A stretch of 64,000 bases of DNA. Source: Nitrospirota bacterium. Its GTDB lineage: Bacteria > Nitrospirota > UBA9217. The stretch lies in NCBI GenBank assembly GCA_963790205.1, contig CAWBNQ010000003.1, forward strand, positions 736,001 to 800,000, given 5' to 3'. Position 1 is the stretch's first letter, and each line of letters starts with the position of its first letter. This document shows positions 29,311 through 39,061 of the stretch, piece after piece. The notes below the pieces were generated by a model, which made no database searches, was not told where the DNA came from, and saw only the letters and a program-made list of their open reading frames with translations. The position numbers and the translations under genes are program-made.

Positions 29311-29430
29311 AAAATAAATTTTTTCACAAAGACTCCAAGCTCACCAAGAAAGACTTTATCTTTTAAATTTAAAACCAGGATTTGAAGATTTCCTTTGCGA
29401 CCTTTGCGCCTTTGCGAGAGACGCCTTTTG
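29309..29430. repeat. Nonamer palindromic element (inverted copy at 38433-38540)
   Basis: CGAAAATAAATTTTTTCACAAAG...CCTTTGCGACCTTTGCGCCTTTGCGAGAGACGC. Confidence 0.8.
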
Positions 29431-29480
29431 TTTTATTCCTTCCGGTTGCGGATTCCGTAGATTCAGGTATAATTTATCCC

Positions 29481-30191
29481 ATGCCGACCCCGCTCATCAT
29501 CGCCCACCGCGGCGATTCCTCCCGCGCGCTCGAAAATTCGCCCGAGGCCTTCCGCCTGGCCCTGGCCGTCCCCGCGGACATGATAGAATTCGACCTCCGC
29601 ATGAGCAGGGACGGCGTTCTCTACGTGATGCACGACAAGCGTACGGGCAGGACCGCGGACCGCGACCTCGATATCGAGCAGGCAACGTCCGAAGAACTCG
29701 CGGGCGTCAGGCTCAGGAACGGCGAGCCGGTCCCCACCCTCGACGACGCGCTCAGGCTCATTGCCGGCAGGGCGGGGATCAATATCGAGATCAAGAGCGA
29801 CGGCGCGGGCGCCGCGCTCGGCCGCCATCTCTTTCAGTACCGCTATTCCGGGTACCTCATGGTTTCGTCCTTCAAGGAGGCGGAAACGCTTGCGGTCCGG
29901 GGGGTGATGCTCGACCTGCCGCTTGCCGTGATCTATGACACGTTCTCGACCCGCCATATAGCCGCGTACAAGGCAAAGGGCTTTTCCATTGTCAGTCTCA
30001 GAAAAAATACGGTCACCGAGCACCTGGCGAAGGCCTGTCGCGCCCAGGGTATCCGGATCTACGTATGGACGGTGGATGACGAAGAAGAGATGGAACGATG
30101 CGTGGCGTGGGAGCTCGACGGCATTTACACCAACAGGCCGGCGGAGCTGAAGAACGTAATAAGCAGGTTCCAGGCGGCAGGCAAAAAATAA
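29481..30191 (+). CDS. Glycerophosphodiester phosphodiesterase
   Basis: IIAHRG, EN, IEFD, MHD, NIEIK and WTVD motifs. Confidence 0.92.
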   Translation: MPTPLIIAHRGDSSRALENSPEAFRLALAVPADMIEFDLRMSRDGVLYVMHDKRTGRTADRDLDIEQATSEELAGVRLRNGEPVPTLDDALRLIAGRAGINIEIKSDGAGAALGRHLFQYRYSGYLMVSSFKEAETLAVRGVMLDLPLAVIYDTFSTRHIAAYKAKGFSIVSLRKNTVTEHLAKACRAQGIRIYVWTVDDEEEMERCVAWELDGIYTNRPAELKNVISRFQAAGKK

Positions 30192-30234
30192 ACATTAATG
30201 AATAACTCAACCCGGACAAACCGGACATCATTTT

Positions 30235-30490
30235 AGCCGCAGAATTCACCTAAAGCACAGGGAAAAACCGAGTTGCTGATATAAATCGAAATCCTGTTTT
30301 TTAGTTCTTTGTGTCTTTTGTGCTTTTTGCGGCAAAATATTCTTGCCATTTTGGGTAGACATTGATTCCTTAAGTTACTAAAATCAAATTTTCACACGGA
30401 GACACAAAGGCGCTAAGAAGGGCACACTGAAATTCAGGATTTTTTTTCTTTGTGACTTCGTGACTTTGTGTGAGGCAAGACTTTTACGGT
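30235..30490. repeat. Two adjacent nonamer-type palindromic elements
   Basis: GCCGCAGAA...TTTGTGTCTTTTGTGCTTTTTGCGGC and TCACACGGAGACACAAAG...CTTGTGACTTCGTGACTTTGTGTGA. Confidence 0.7.
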
Positions 30491-30541
30491 TCTCTAAAAT
30501 TGATCCAAGGTTATTTCGGGAACACCTGCGAGGAGAAATGC

Positions 30542-32149
30542 ATGTCCGGCGCATTCGTATCGGATCCTGAGAAAATCTACGACGTCCTCGTGGTCGGCGG
30601 CGGCATAACCGGCGCGGGCGTGGCGCGGGACGCGGCGCTGCGCGGGCTCTCCTGCCTGCTTTTGGAAAAGGGGGACTTCGCCTCCGGCGTCACGTCCAAG
30701 TCCACGCGCCTGATCCACGGCGGCCTGCGGTATTTGGCGAACTTCGAAGTGGACCTCGTGGCCGAATCGCTCCGGGAGCGGGCCATCCTGCGGAGGATGG
30801 CGCCGTACCTGATCCGTCCCATTCCGCTCGTCATCCCCATCTACAAGGGCGATCCGCACGGCAGGGCGGTCATCTCCCTGGGCATCCATCTCTACGACCT
30901 GTTGTCCCACGAGCACGATATCCCGCACTACTTCACCTCGGGAAGGGACCAGACCCTTGCCTTCGAGCCGCGCCTGAACCAGGACGGCCTCACCGGGAGC
31001 GCGCTGTTCTACGACCACCAGATCCTGATGCCCGAGCGGCTGGTGCTGGAGAACATCATCGGCGCGCGCGAGGCCGGCGCCGCGGTCCTGAATTACGTCC
31101 GGGCCGAGAAGATCGAGGAGACGAAGGCCGGCATCACGGTGACCGCGCGAGACGTTCTGGCGGACCGGGCGCAGGTTTTCCGTTCCAAGGTCCTGATCAA
31201 CGCCTCCGGCCCCTGGAGCGACTCGGTGCGGCGCGCGGGAAACATCGATTCCCGCAGGATCATATTCCCGACAAAAGGCATCCACCTCGTTTTGCCGAAG
31301 CTCTCCGAGCAGGCCCTGTTCGTGACCTCGAAGGACGGCAGGATGTTCTTTATCATTCCCCTGGACCAGTGGTCCCTCATCGGCACCACGGACACGAAGT
31401 ATGAAGAAAGCCTGGACGACGTGCACGCGAACAAAGACGACGTGGACTACCTGATAGCCGAGAGCAGGCGCGTTCTTCCCGGGCTGAACATCACGCGGGA
31501 GGCCATTCTCTACACCTACGCCGGGATACGGCCGCTCGCCTTTTCGGGGACGAGCGAGTCGAAGATCTCGCGCAAGCACCGGGTCATCAAAGAGGGAAGG
31601 ACGCGGAGGATCATCACGATCGCCGGCGGCAAGCTCACGACCTACCGCAACATGGCCAAAGACGCGGTGGACGCAGCGTGCAGGGCGCTCGGCAGGAAGG
31701 CGTTGTGCGTGACCGACCGGAGACCGTTCCCCGGCGGATTGCCCGGGGACTATGACGACTACCTGAAAGAGGCCGTGCCGGAGCTGGCGTCGCGGCATAG
31801 GATCGGCGAAGAGACCGTCCGCCACCTGGTCCGCTTCTACGGCTCCCGGGCCGGGCGCGTGCTCGAGCTTGCCGAGACGGACCGGCTGATGGGAGCGGCC
31901 ATCTCCCCCGAGAGCCGGGACGTCTACGCCCAGGTCGTCTACAGCGTCCGGGAGGAAGGCGCCAGGACGCTGTCGGACATCGTCCTCCGGCGGATGCACC
32001 TCGGCATGACCGGTTCGCGCGGGAGGGGCCAGGCGGACAGGATCGCCTCGCTCGCTGCGCAAGAGCTCGGGTGGAGCGGGGATGAGACGCGTCATCAGAT
32101 TGAAAATTTCCATAAGGACCTGGGCAAAGAGAATGAATGCCTGAAATGA
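30542..32149 (+). CDS. glpD: FAD-dependent glycerol-3-phosphate dehydrogenase
   Basis: DVLVVGGGITGAG.ARDAALRG, SKSTRLIHGGLRYL, GTTD and GGKLTTYR motifs. Confidence 0.93.
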   Translation: MSGAFVSDPEKIYDVLVVGGGITGAGVARDAALRGLSCLLLEKGDFASGVTSKSTRLIHGGLRYLANFEVDLVAESLRERAILRRMAPYLIRPIPLVIPIYKGDPHGRAVISLGIHLYDLLSHEHDIPHYFTSGRDQTLAFEPRLNQDGLTGSALFYDHQILMPERLVLENIIGAREAGAAVLNYVRAEKIEETKAGITVTARDVLADRAQVFRSKVLINASGPWSDSVRRAGNIDSRRIIFPTKGIHLVLPKLSEQALFVTSKDGRMFFIIPLDQWSLIGTTDTKYEESLDDVHANKDDVDYLIAESRRVLPGLNITREAILYTYAGIRPLAFSGTSESKISRKHRVIKEGRTRRIITIAGGKLTTYRNMAKDAVDAACRALGRKALCVTDRRPFPGGLPGDYDDYLKEAVPELASRHRIGEETVRHLVRFYGSRAGRVLELAETDRLMGAAISPESRDVYAQVVYSVREEGARTLSDIVLRRMHLGMTGSRGRGQADRIASLAAQELGWSGDETRHQIENFHKDLGKENECLK

Positions 32150-32227
32150 CCGGGGATATTTCAGGTTTTTCTCGGTGAACTCTGTGGTTGATTTCGGCAT
32201 TACGCCTTACCCGACGAGGAGGTTCCC

Positions 32228-32674
32228 ATGAACTGGGCGCACGTACATCTCATGATAAATCATTTTCCGGTGGTCGGCGTCCTCGGCGCCATTCTTCTGC
32301 TGGTCTATTCCCTGGTGCGGAAGAGCGAAGAGGTCAAGATGGTGAGCTTCGGCCTGTTCGTGCTGCTTGCGCTGATAACGTTCGCCGTGTACTTCACCGG
32401 AGAGGCGGCCCAGGACACGGTCAAGAAGCTCCCCGGCGTGACGGAGGCCTATATCGGCAGGCACGAGGAGATGGCCGGCGTGGCCCTGGTATGCATGGAA
32501 ACCCTGGGCGTCGCGGCGCTGGCGGGGCTTTTTTTTCTCCGCCGCTTCGGGTCCATTCCGACGTGGCTCGTGGTCATCGTTCTCCTCCTGTCCCTCGTTG
32601 CCGCCGGGGTCGTGGGCTTCACGGCAAATCTCGGCGGCCAGATCCGCCACACGGAGATCCGGGGAGACGGATAG
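32228..32674 (+). CDS. Small 4-TM membrane protein (DUF2231-like, His-containing)
   Basis: HVHLMINHFP, TGE.A, RHEE and GGQIRHTEIR motifs; RBS AGGAGG. Confidence 0.6.
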   Translation: MNWAHVHLMINHFPVVGVLGAILLLVYSLVRKSEEVKMVSFGLFVLLALITFAVYFTGEAAQDTVKKLPGVTEAYIGRHEEMAGVALVCMETLGVAALAGLFFLRRFGSIPTWLVVIVLLLSLVAAGVVGFTANLGGQIRHTEIRGDG

Positions 32675-32798
32675 AGGAGCGGGGCTTTTGGAATTATAAG
32701 ACGCTCTGTGCTCTCGCGGTTGAAGGGTTCAAGATAAGGATTAAAGCTTTTTCTGCGTTCTCTGTGGTTAAAGTTTGGCATGGTGTATTGGAGGTTCT

Positions 32799-33701
32799 AT
32801 GGCGCAGTTGATGAAAGGCAGCGGGATATCCTCGAAGATCACGGCAGCGGTCGAGGAGGAGACAGCGAGACTGGCGAAGCACGGCATCAGGGCGGGGCTG
32901 GCGCTCGTGCTCGTGGGCGAGGACCGGTCTTCCTATATGTATTACCAGGCGATCCAGAGCGCGGCGGCCCGGGCCGGGATCGACGTCTATAATCATACCC
33001 TGCCTGCCAAGAGAGCGTCCCTGAACGAGCTCCTGAACCTGATCAAGACGCTGAACCATGACGAACGCGCGAACGGCATCCTGGTGTTCATGCCCCTTCC
33101 CCGCCACATCGATACCCGGAAGGTCGTGAACGCGATCGCGCCCGAGAAGGACATCGACGGACAGGGGGCCATCTCCGTCGGCCGTCTCTCCGCGGACGAG
33201 ACCACGCCCCAGCTCTTCGAACCGGGCTTTACGCTGTCCGTGCGGTCGACCTTCCTTCCCTGCACGCCCTACGGCGTGATGAGGATGCTCGAACACTACG
33301 GCATCGATCCGAAGGGAAAGAAGGTCGTTATCGTGGGCAAGAGCCTTGCCGTGGGCAAACCGCTCGCGATGATGATGCTGATGCGGGAGGCCACGGTCAC
33401 CGTGTGCCACCGCGAGACCGGGGACCTCGGGGCCGAGACGAGGCAGGCCGACATCCTGTGCTCCGCAACGGGAAGGCCGGGCCTCATCAAGGCGGACATG
33501 GTGAAAGAGGGCGCCGTGGTGGTGGACATCGGCATCACCGTCCTGCCCGACGGCAAAACCGCGGGGGACGTGGATTTTGAAGAAGTCTCGAAAAAGGCGT
33601 CGTTCATCACGCCGGTGCCCGGCGGCGTGGGGCCCGTGACCATCGCCATCCTGCTCAAGAACACCGTGATCTCCGCCAAGCGGATGGTCGGGGTGGGGTA
33701 G
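32799..33701 (+). CDS. folD: Methylenetetrahydrofolate dehydrogenase (FolD family; cyclohydrolase residues altered)
   Basis: PCTPYG, VGKPLA, GDVDF and ITPVPGGVGPVT motifs. Confidence 0.9.
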   Translation: MAQLMKGSGISSKITAAVEEETARLAKHGIRAGLALVLVGEDRSSYMYYQAIQSAAARAGIDVYNHTLPAKRASLNELLNLIKTLNHDERANGILVFMPLPRHIDTRKVVNAIAPEKDIDGQGAISVGRLSADETTPQLFEPGFTLSVRSTFLPCTPYGVMRMLEHYGIDPKGKKVVIVGKSLAVGKPLAMMMLMREATVTVCHRETGDLGAETRQADILCSATGRPGLIKADMVKEGAVVVDIGITVLPDGKTAGDVDFEEVSKKASFITPVPGGVGPVTIAILLKNTVISAKRMVGVG

Positions 33702-33822
33702 AAAGTAAGTAAGAAGTGTGAAGAGAGAAGGGAGAAGGGGGAAGGGGGAAGTAAGCAGTAAGAAGTAAGAAGTAAGAAGTAAACAGTAAGAAGTATGAAG
33801 TAAGAAGTACGAAGTAAGAAGA
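33702..33822 (+). repeat. Degenerate heptamer tandem repeat (GTAAGAA-type)
   Basis: About 15 imperfect GTAAGAA units immediately after the folD stop codon. Confidence 0.85.
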
Positions 33823-33834
33823 CTCTCGCGAAAC

Positions 33835-35013
33835 CTACTTCGGCGTTACCTTCAGTTCCAGCGAGTTCGCGGTCGAGCCGACCACCTCGACGGCAAAGGC
33901 GCCGAAATCCTTGAGCGCCAGTTCGCCGGACAGGGATTGCGCGCTGCCCTTGCAGTCGACCGAGATCCTGGCCGTGTTCCCGCTGAAGCTCCGCTCATGC
34001 AGGTCCTGGATGCCGCGCACCCGGTTCTTGAGCACGTCCTTGAACTTCACGAACTGGGTCTTGTTCAAACCGGTGACGGTTATATTGACCGGCTTCGTGC
34101 CGCCGGCCTCCCTGGAATAGACCGCCAGGATCTTGTCCGCCATCTGCTCCGCGGCGGCCTGCGCGGCCTTCCTGAGGGCCTCGATCCCCGCCGTTTCTTC
34201 GGTGATGCGCACCGCGGCGCCGCGCGTGGTCGCCGAGGCGAGGACCCGGCCCGTGTCCGTCCGGATCGCCCTCGCCGACAGGTCCGCCTGCGCCGACTTC
34301 TTGCCGCCCCCGATATCGCCGTATGACCTGGCCGCCGCCTTGCCGACGATCACGACCTCGGCGTCCGCCTGGGCGCCGAGCGTCCTGGCCTGGTCGGGGG
34401 TAAGGTCCCGGACCTTGTAGGCAGCGGTGACCCTGATGTTCTTTTCAGCCGCATGGCGGTCGATGCATTCGAACCCCTTTTTCGTGAACACGTCGATAAA
34501 GGTATTTTCCACCACGCCGATGTCGGTCTGTTGTCCCTGATGTCCCCACCACCAGGCGTGCCACTCATGCCCGATGTTCTGCTCGGCGATCATGATCATG
34601 GTCCTGGGCTTGTGCATCCGCCCGGGGAGGATGCCGATGCCCGAGAGATCGTGGGCAAGTTTGCCGAGGGAGACTTCCGCATTGATCTTAACGCGCAGCA
34701 GATTTTCCTCAACGGTCTCGCCCGCAATGGAATAGTGGGTAATGTAGCCCTTGGTCTGAGGCAGGATCTTGTCGCTGATGAGCTGGTAGTTCTCGACCTG
34801 GGTCTGCGAGTCGATGAGTATGCCGATCGCCTGCTCCACCGCGCGTTTCCGGGCGTCTTCGAGGGCCGCGTCGCGGGCGATGTCCTTTGCTCCGCCCTGG
34901 ATGACGGCCACGCCCTCGGCGGCCACGGTTTTTGTCTCCTGGGACCATGCGGCAGGGGCGCCTGCGAGGAGCGCCAGGACCAGCATCGCGGCGATCTTGG
35001 AAATACGGAACAT
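33835..35013 (-). CDS. Secreted protein with an FlgT N-terminal-like domain
   Basis: Signal peptide; AEGVA...ARDAALEDARKRAVEQAIG..IDSQT.VEN motif. Confidence 0.7.
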   Translation of the reverse strand: MFRISKIAAMLVLALLAGAPAAWSQETKTVAAEGVAVIQGGAKDIARDAALEDARKRAVEQAIGILIDSQTQVENYQLISDKILPQTKGYITHYSIAGETVEENLLRVKINAEVSLGKLAHDLSGIGILPGRMHKPRTMIMIAEQNIGHEWHAWWWGHQGQQTDIGVVENTFIDVFTKKGFECIDRHAAEKNIRVTAAYKVRDLTPDQARTLGAQADAEVVIVGKAAARSYGDIGGGKKSAQADLSARAIRTDTGRVLASATTRGAAVRITEETAGIEALRKAAQAAAEQMADKILAVYSREAGGTKPVNITVTGLNKTQFVKFKDVLKNRVRGIQDLHERSFSGNTARISVDCKGSAQSLSGELALKDFGAFAVEVVGSTANSLELKVTPK

Positions 35014-35087
35014 GGCTCCTCCCTGGACGAGCATGCGTAGGGATAGGGTAACTATATCAGAGCCCTTCTGTACGGTCAAGCCTGTAT

Positions 35088-35430
35088 GATCATGATCCTG
35101 GTTTTTTGAGGCAGCTCATCGCATGTTGTATTTCTTTGCACATCCCCTTCGCGTCCTGAACGAAATTTTTGACCCGTCTAAGGCCACGTCCGCTCGTTCG
35201 CGCAAACCCGGCCTGCGGCCTCGGACATGCGCGTTCGCCCCTTGGGACGCTACCTTAGGCCAAGACGGGTGCCCAAAAATTTCGTAGGGCCGCTCCGTGG
35301 ACGCGCGGGGTTTGGGTAAAGACTGAAAGGAATTTTGTTTGTACCTTCGTTTTTCCAGAGGCCCCTGCATCCCGTGAACAGGGACGCGGCGGTGCAGGAA
35401 AAAACAATGGATCCCGAACATCATGGACGA
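35088..35430. repeat. Long hairpin element sharing modules (inverted, permuted) with 28337-29310
   Basis: Reverse complement contains CCATGATG..GATCC.TTGTTTTT..TGCACCGCCGC, CCTGTTCACGGGATGCAGGGGCCTCTGGAAAA and GCGATGAGCTGC..AAAAAA.CAGGATC. Confidence 0.8.
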
Positions 35431-35529
35431 CCTGCAAGAGTAAGGCAGCGATAGGACGTGAATTTTCTGGATATTTATCAGGATAGATGCTAGAATTTGG
35501 AACAACAGGGTCCTGGAAGGAGTGACGCG

Positions 35530-36249
35530 GTGCCGAGACTGTCCGTGAACATCGATCATATTGCCACGCTCCGGCAGGCGAGAAAGGGCATCGAGCCCGA
35601 TCCGGTCGCCGCGGCCGTGCTCGCCGAGCTCGCCGGCGCCCAAGGCATCATCGCCCATTTGCGCGAGGACCGGCGGCATGTCCAGGACCGGGACCTGCGC
35701 CTGCTCCGCGAGACCGTGCAGACGAAGCTCAATCTCGAGATGGCGGCGACGGAAGAGATGCTGCGCATTGCGGTCGAGGTGAAGCCGGATTTTTCCACGC
35801 TGGTCCCGGAGAAAAGGGAAGAGCTCACGACCGAGGGCGGCCTGGAGGTCGCTTCGCGGATCGATTTCATGAGGTCCTCCGTCAGCCGGCTTCAGCAGGC
35901 CGGGATCGCGGTCAGTCTGTTTCTCGACCCCGATGAAAAGCAGATCGCGGCGGCGAAGAAGAGCGGCGCGGACTGGGTCGAGCTCCACACGGGCGCGTAT
36001 GCGAACGCGAAGGCCGGGAAGGACCGCGACCGGGAGTTCGCCAGGATCGCCGATGGGGCGCGGCTCGCGGCAAGTCTCGGACTGCGCGTGGGCGCGGGCC
36101 ACGGGCTCAATTACGTGAACGCGCAGCGGATCGCGGGCATTCCCGGGGTGGAGGAGCTGAACATCGGCCACAGCATCATCTCGCGGGCGGCGCTCGTGGG
36201 GCTTGAACGGGCGGTGCGGGAAATGATCGGATTGGTAAACACCAAATAA
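35530..36249 (+). CDS. pdxJ: Pyridoxine 5'-phosphate synthase
   Basis: [33 protein letters not shown] and NIGHSII motifs. Confidence 0.97.
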   Translation: MPRLSVNIDHIATLRQARKGIEPDPVAAAVLAELAGAQGIIAHLREDRRHVQDRDLRLLRETVQTKLNLEMAATEEMLRIAVEVKPDFSTLVPEKREELTTEGGLEVASRIDFMRSSVSRLQQAGIAVSLFLDPDEKQIAAAKKSGADWVELHTGAYANAKAGKDRDREFARIADGARLAASLGLRVGAGHGLNYVNAQRIAGIPGVEELNIGHSIISRAALVGLERAVREMIGLVNTK

Positions 36250-36371
36250 CAAGCGCCAAATCTCAAATAAATATCAAGCACCAAGCACCAAATTTAAAAC
36301 GTTTCGAATTTGAAGCTTCGAATTTGGTTACTATTTGTAATTTGGGATTTGTAATTTGGGATTTGAATTTT
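36244..36371. repeat. AT-rich heptamer palindromic repeat
   Basis: CAAATAA/CAAGCGC/CAAATCT...CAAGCAC units answered by ATTTGTA/ATTTGGG units. Confidence 0.75.
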
Positions 36372-36387
36372 TTCAACGGGGGTGGGA

Positions 36388-36792
36388 ATGATCATCGGCA
36401 TCGGGGTCGATCTCGTAAAGATAGACCGCATCGACAAAGCGGGGAAGAACCACAACGGGTTCCTTGAACGGGTCTTCACCGAGCGCGAGCGCGAGTACTG
36501 CTCCCGGCAGAAATACCCGGCCCAGCACTATGCGGGCAGGTTCGCCGCAAAAGAAGCGGTGCTCAAGGCCATCGGCACGGGCTGGAGCGCGGGCGTCAAG
36601 TGGACGGACATGGAAGTGCTGCACGGCGAGGGCGGCGGCCCGATCGTGAATATTTCGGGAAGGGTCAAGGACCTCATGGACCTCAGGGGAGTAAGGCAGA
36701 TCCTCTTAAGCTACTCGCACGACGAAGGGTATGCCGTTGCGCAGGTGGTGCTGGAGGGCGGCATGATGCAGGGGACGAGTGAACAGCCCTGA
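36388..36792 (+). CDS. acpS: Holo-[acyl-carrier-protein] synthase
   Basis: GIGVDLV, RFAAKEAVLKAIGTG and SYSH motifs. Confidence 0.95.
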   Translation: MIIGIGVDLVKIDRIDKAGKNHNGFLERVFTEREREYCSRQKYPAQHYAGRFAAKEAVLKAIGTGWSAGVKWTDMEVLHGEGGGPIVNISGRVKDLMDLRGVRQILLSYSHDEGYAVAQVVLEGGMMQGTSEQP

Positions 36793-36863
36793 AAGATCAG
36801 AGCAATGAAAAAGGAAAAGCAGGTTAAGGCTGAGGCTGAGGTTTCCTCACAACCCTCCATGAT

Positions 36864-38411
36864 ATGAAGATCGTCACCGCACAACAGATAAAAAACATCG
36901 ACCGCAGGGCGATCCGGGACTTCGGCATTCCCGGCCCGGTCCTGATGGAGAACGCCGCAGCCGCGGTCATGGCCGAGATGGAGAAGTTCTTCGACGGCCT
37001 CGCCGGCATGCGGGTCGGCATTCTCTGCGGCAAGGGAAACAACGGGGGCGACGGCCTTGCGCTCGCCCGGCGGCTCAGTATCCGGGGCGTGCCGGTGCGC
37101 GTTGCGCTGCTTGCGCCCTTCGGCGCGGTCACGGGCGAGGCGAAGGTCAATCTCTCCATTCTCCGGAAGATGGATGTCGAGCTCGCGCAGAACGCGTCCA
37201 CGCGCGCAATTGCCGACGTAGTAGCGTGGTCCGACATTCTCGTGGATGCCCTGCTCGGCGTGGGACTTTCAGCGCCCCTCAGGGGGACCTACGCATTTGC
37301 CGTGGAACGGATGAATGGGTCGGGCAAACCCCTGGTTGCCGTCGATGTTCCCACGGGCATCAACGCGGACACGGGCGAGGCCATGGGCCCGGCGATCCGG
37401 GCGGACCTTACCGTCGCCATGGCGCTCATGAAGCGCGGGCTCGTGCTCCATCCGGGCGCGCAGCATGCGGGTACGGTGCGGGTCGCCGACATCGGCATTC
37501 CGTCCGGGGTGGTGGACCAGGAAAAGATCCTGACGAGCCTTTTGACGCGCGGCTCTGCCTGGGGCCTTGTCGGTCAGAGGAGGCCGGACGCCAACAAGGG
37601 GAGCTTCGGGCACGCGCTGGTCGTTGCCGGATCGCTCGGAAAGGCCGGTGCGGCGGTCATGACGGCCCGCGGCGCGCTCAGGGCCGGAGCGGGGCTGGTG
37701 AGCGTGGCATTGCCGAACGGTCTCGTCCCGATCGTCCAGCAACAGGTGTTCGAGGCGATGTGCATCCCTTCAGCGGAAAGCATCGACGGCACGATGGGCA
37801 TCGGGGCGGAGGTCGAGCTGCTCAAGGCAGCGGGCTCGATGAGCGCCTGCGCCATCGGCCCCGGACTTTCGACCCATTATGAAACGATCCAGATGGTGCG
37901 GAATTTCGTCCAGAGGCTTACGATCCCCGCGGTCATCGATGCGGACGGGCTGAACGCGCTCGTCGGCGCTCTCGGGGTGCTCAGGAAAATAAAGGCCCCG
38001 GTCATCCTGACGCCCCATCCCGGAGAAATGGGCAGGCTGCTCGGCATTTCTTCCCGCGAGGTGCAAAAGGACAGGATCGGCATCGCCGGCGAATTCGCGA
38101 TGAAATATAAAGTAACGCTCGTGCTCAAGGGCGCGGGCACGGTGGTCGCGACGCCAGACAACAGGGTCTTCATTAATTCGACGGGCAACCCCGGCATGGC
38201 CACGGGCGGCACCGGCGACGTGCTCACCGGCATGATCGTGGGTCTCCTGGCGCAGGGATATGCGTCAACGGAAGCTGCGTGTCTCGGCGTATACCTCCAC
38301 GGCCTGGCCGGCGATCTGGCGGCCAAGGAAAAAGGCGAGATGGCCATGATCGCCGGGGACCTGATCGAGAAGATACCGGACGCGATAAAACAGATAAAAG
38401 ACGAAGGATGA
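36864..38411 (+). CDS. nnr: Bifunctional NAD(P)H-hydrate epimerase/dehydratase
   Basis: LMENA, GKGNNGGDG, DADGLN, TPHPGEM and GGTGDVL motifs. Confidence 0.95.
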   Translation: MKIVTAQQIKNIDRRAIRDFGIPGPVLMENAAAAVMAEMEKFFDGLAGMRVGILCGKGNNGGDGLALARRLSIRGVPVRVALLAPFGAVTGEAKVNLSILRKMDVELAQNASTRAIADVVAWSDILVDALLGVGLSAPLRGTYAFAVERMNGSGKPLVAVDVPTGINADTGEAMGPAIRADLTVAMALMKRGLVLHPGAQHAGTVRVADIGIPSGVVDQEKILTSLLTRGSAWGLVGQRRPDANKGSFGHALVVAGSLGKAGAAVMTARGALRAGAGLVSVALPNGLVPIVQQQVFEAMCIPSAESIDGTMGIGAEVELLKAAGSMSACAIGPGLSTHYETIQMVRNFVQRLTIPAVIDADGLNALVGALGVLRKIKAPVILTPHPGEMGRLLGISSREVQKDRIGIAGEFAMKYKVTLVLKGAGTVVATPDNRVFINSTGNPGMATGGTGDVLTGMIVGLLAQGYASTEAACLGVYLHGLAGDLAAKEKGEMAMIAGDLIEKIPDAIKQIKDEG

Positions 38412-38432
38412 CCATAAAGTAAAACCTAAACC

Positions 38433-38540
38433 AAAAGCGTCTCTCGCAAAGCACGCAAAGGGCGCAAAGGTTTTAAACCAGGAATTCTTTTTGAGCTTTT
38501 CTTTGCGAGCTTGGCGCCTTTGCGAGAAAATTTATTTCGA
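38433..38540. repeat. Nonamer palindromic element
   Basis: CTCGCAAAGCACGCAAAGGGCGCAAAG...AAACCAGGA...CTTTGCGAGCTTGGCGCCTTTGCGAG. Confidence 0.85.
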
Positions 38541-38605
38541 GTTTTTGATTCAAAATTAAAGATTTTATTTTGTGCAGTACTTTAACTATTTTCCGAGGAG
38601 TAATT

Positions 38606-39058
38606 ATGCTTACTGCGAAAGACATCATGACGAAAACCGTTGTAACGGTGAAGCCTGAAACGTCCATCGAAGAACTGTCGTCCCTGCTCGTACAGAACCG
38701 GATCAGCGGCGTGCCGGTGGTGGACGCCTCGGGCGCGCTGTACGGCATTGTGACGGAGAACGATCTCATCAGCCGGAACAAGCGGCTCCATATCCCCACC
38801 GTGGTAAGCTTCCTCGATGCCGCCATTTACCTCGAAAGCTCGAAGAAGTTCGAAGAGGAGGTCAGGCGTCTGGCCGCAACAAAGGTCGGCGATATCTGCG
38901 TCCGCAAGGTGATCACGATCACGGAAGACACGACGGTGACGGACATCGCCACGATCATGGCCGAGAAAAAGGCGCATCTCCTTCCGGTGGTCAAAAACGG
39001 CAAGGTCGTGGGCATCGTCGGCAAGCGCGATGTGGTCAAAGCCGTGGCGCAGGGCTGA
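38606..39058 (+). CDS. CBS domain pair protein
   Basis: AKDIMT, ISGVPVVD and GIVTENDL motifs. Confidence 0.9.
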   Translation: MLTAKDIMTKTVVTVKPETSIEELSSLLVQNRISGVPVVDASGALYGIVTENDLISRNKRLHIPTVVSFLDAAIYLESSKKFEEEVRRLAATKVGDICVRKVITITEDTTVTDIATIMAEKKAHLLPVVKNGKVVGIVGKRDVVKAVAQG

Positions 39059-39061
39059 AGG

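Noticed and set aside
27232..29385. ORFs called across the repeat array (e.g. 27232-28440, 28373-28948, 28557-28964)
   Set aside because: They are translations of heptamer and hairpin repeats (LLPTSYF runs) or antisense shadows of patatin, with no protein-family features
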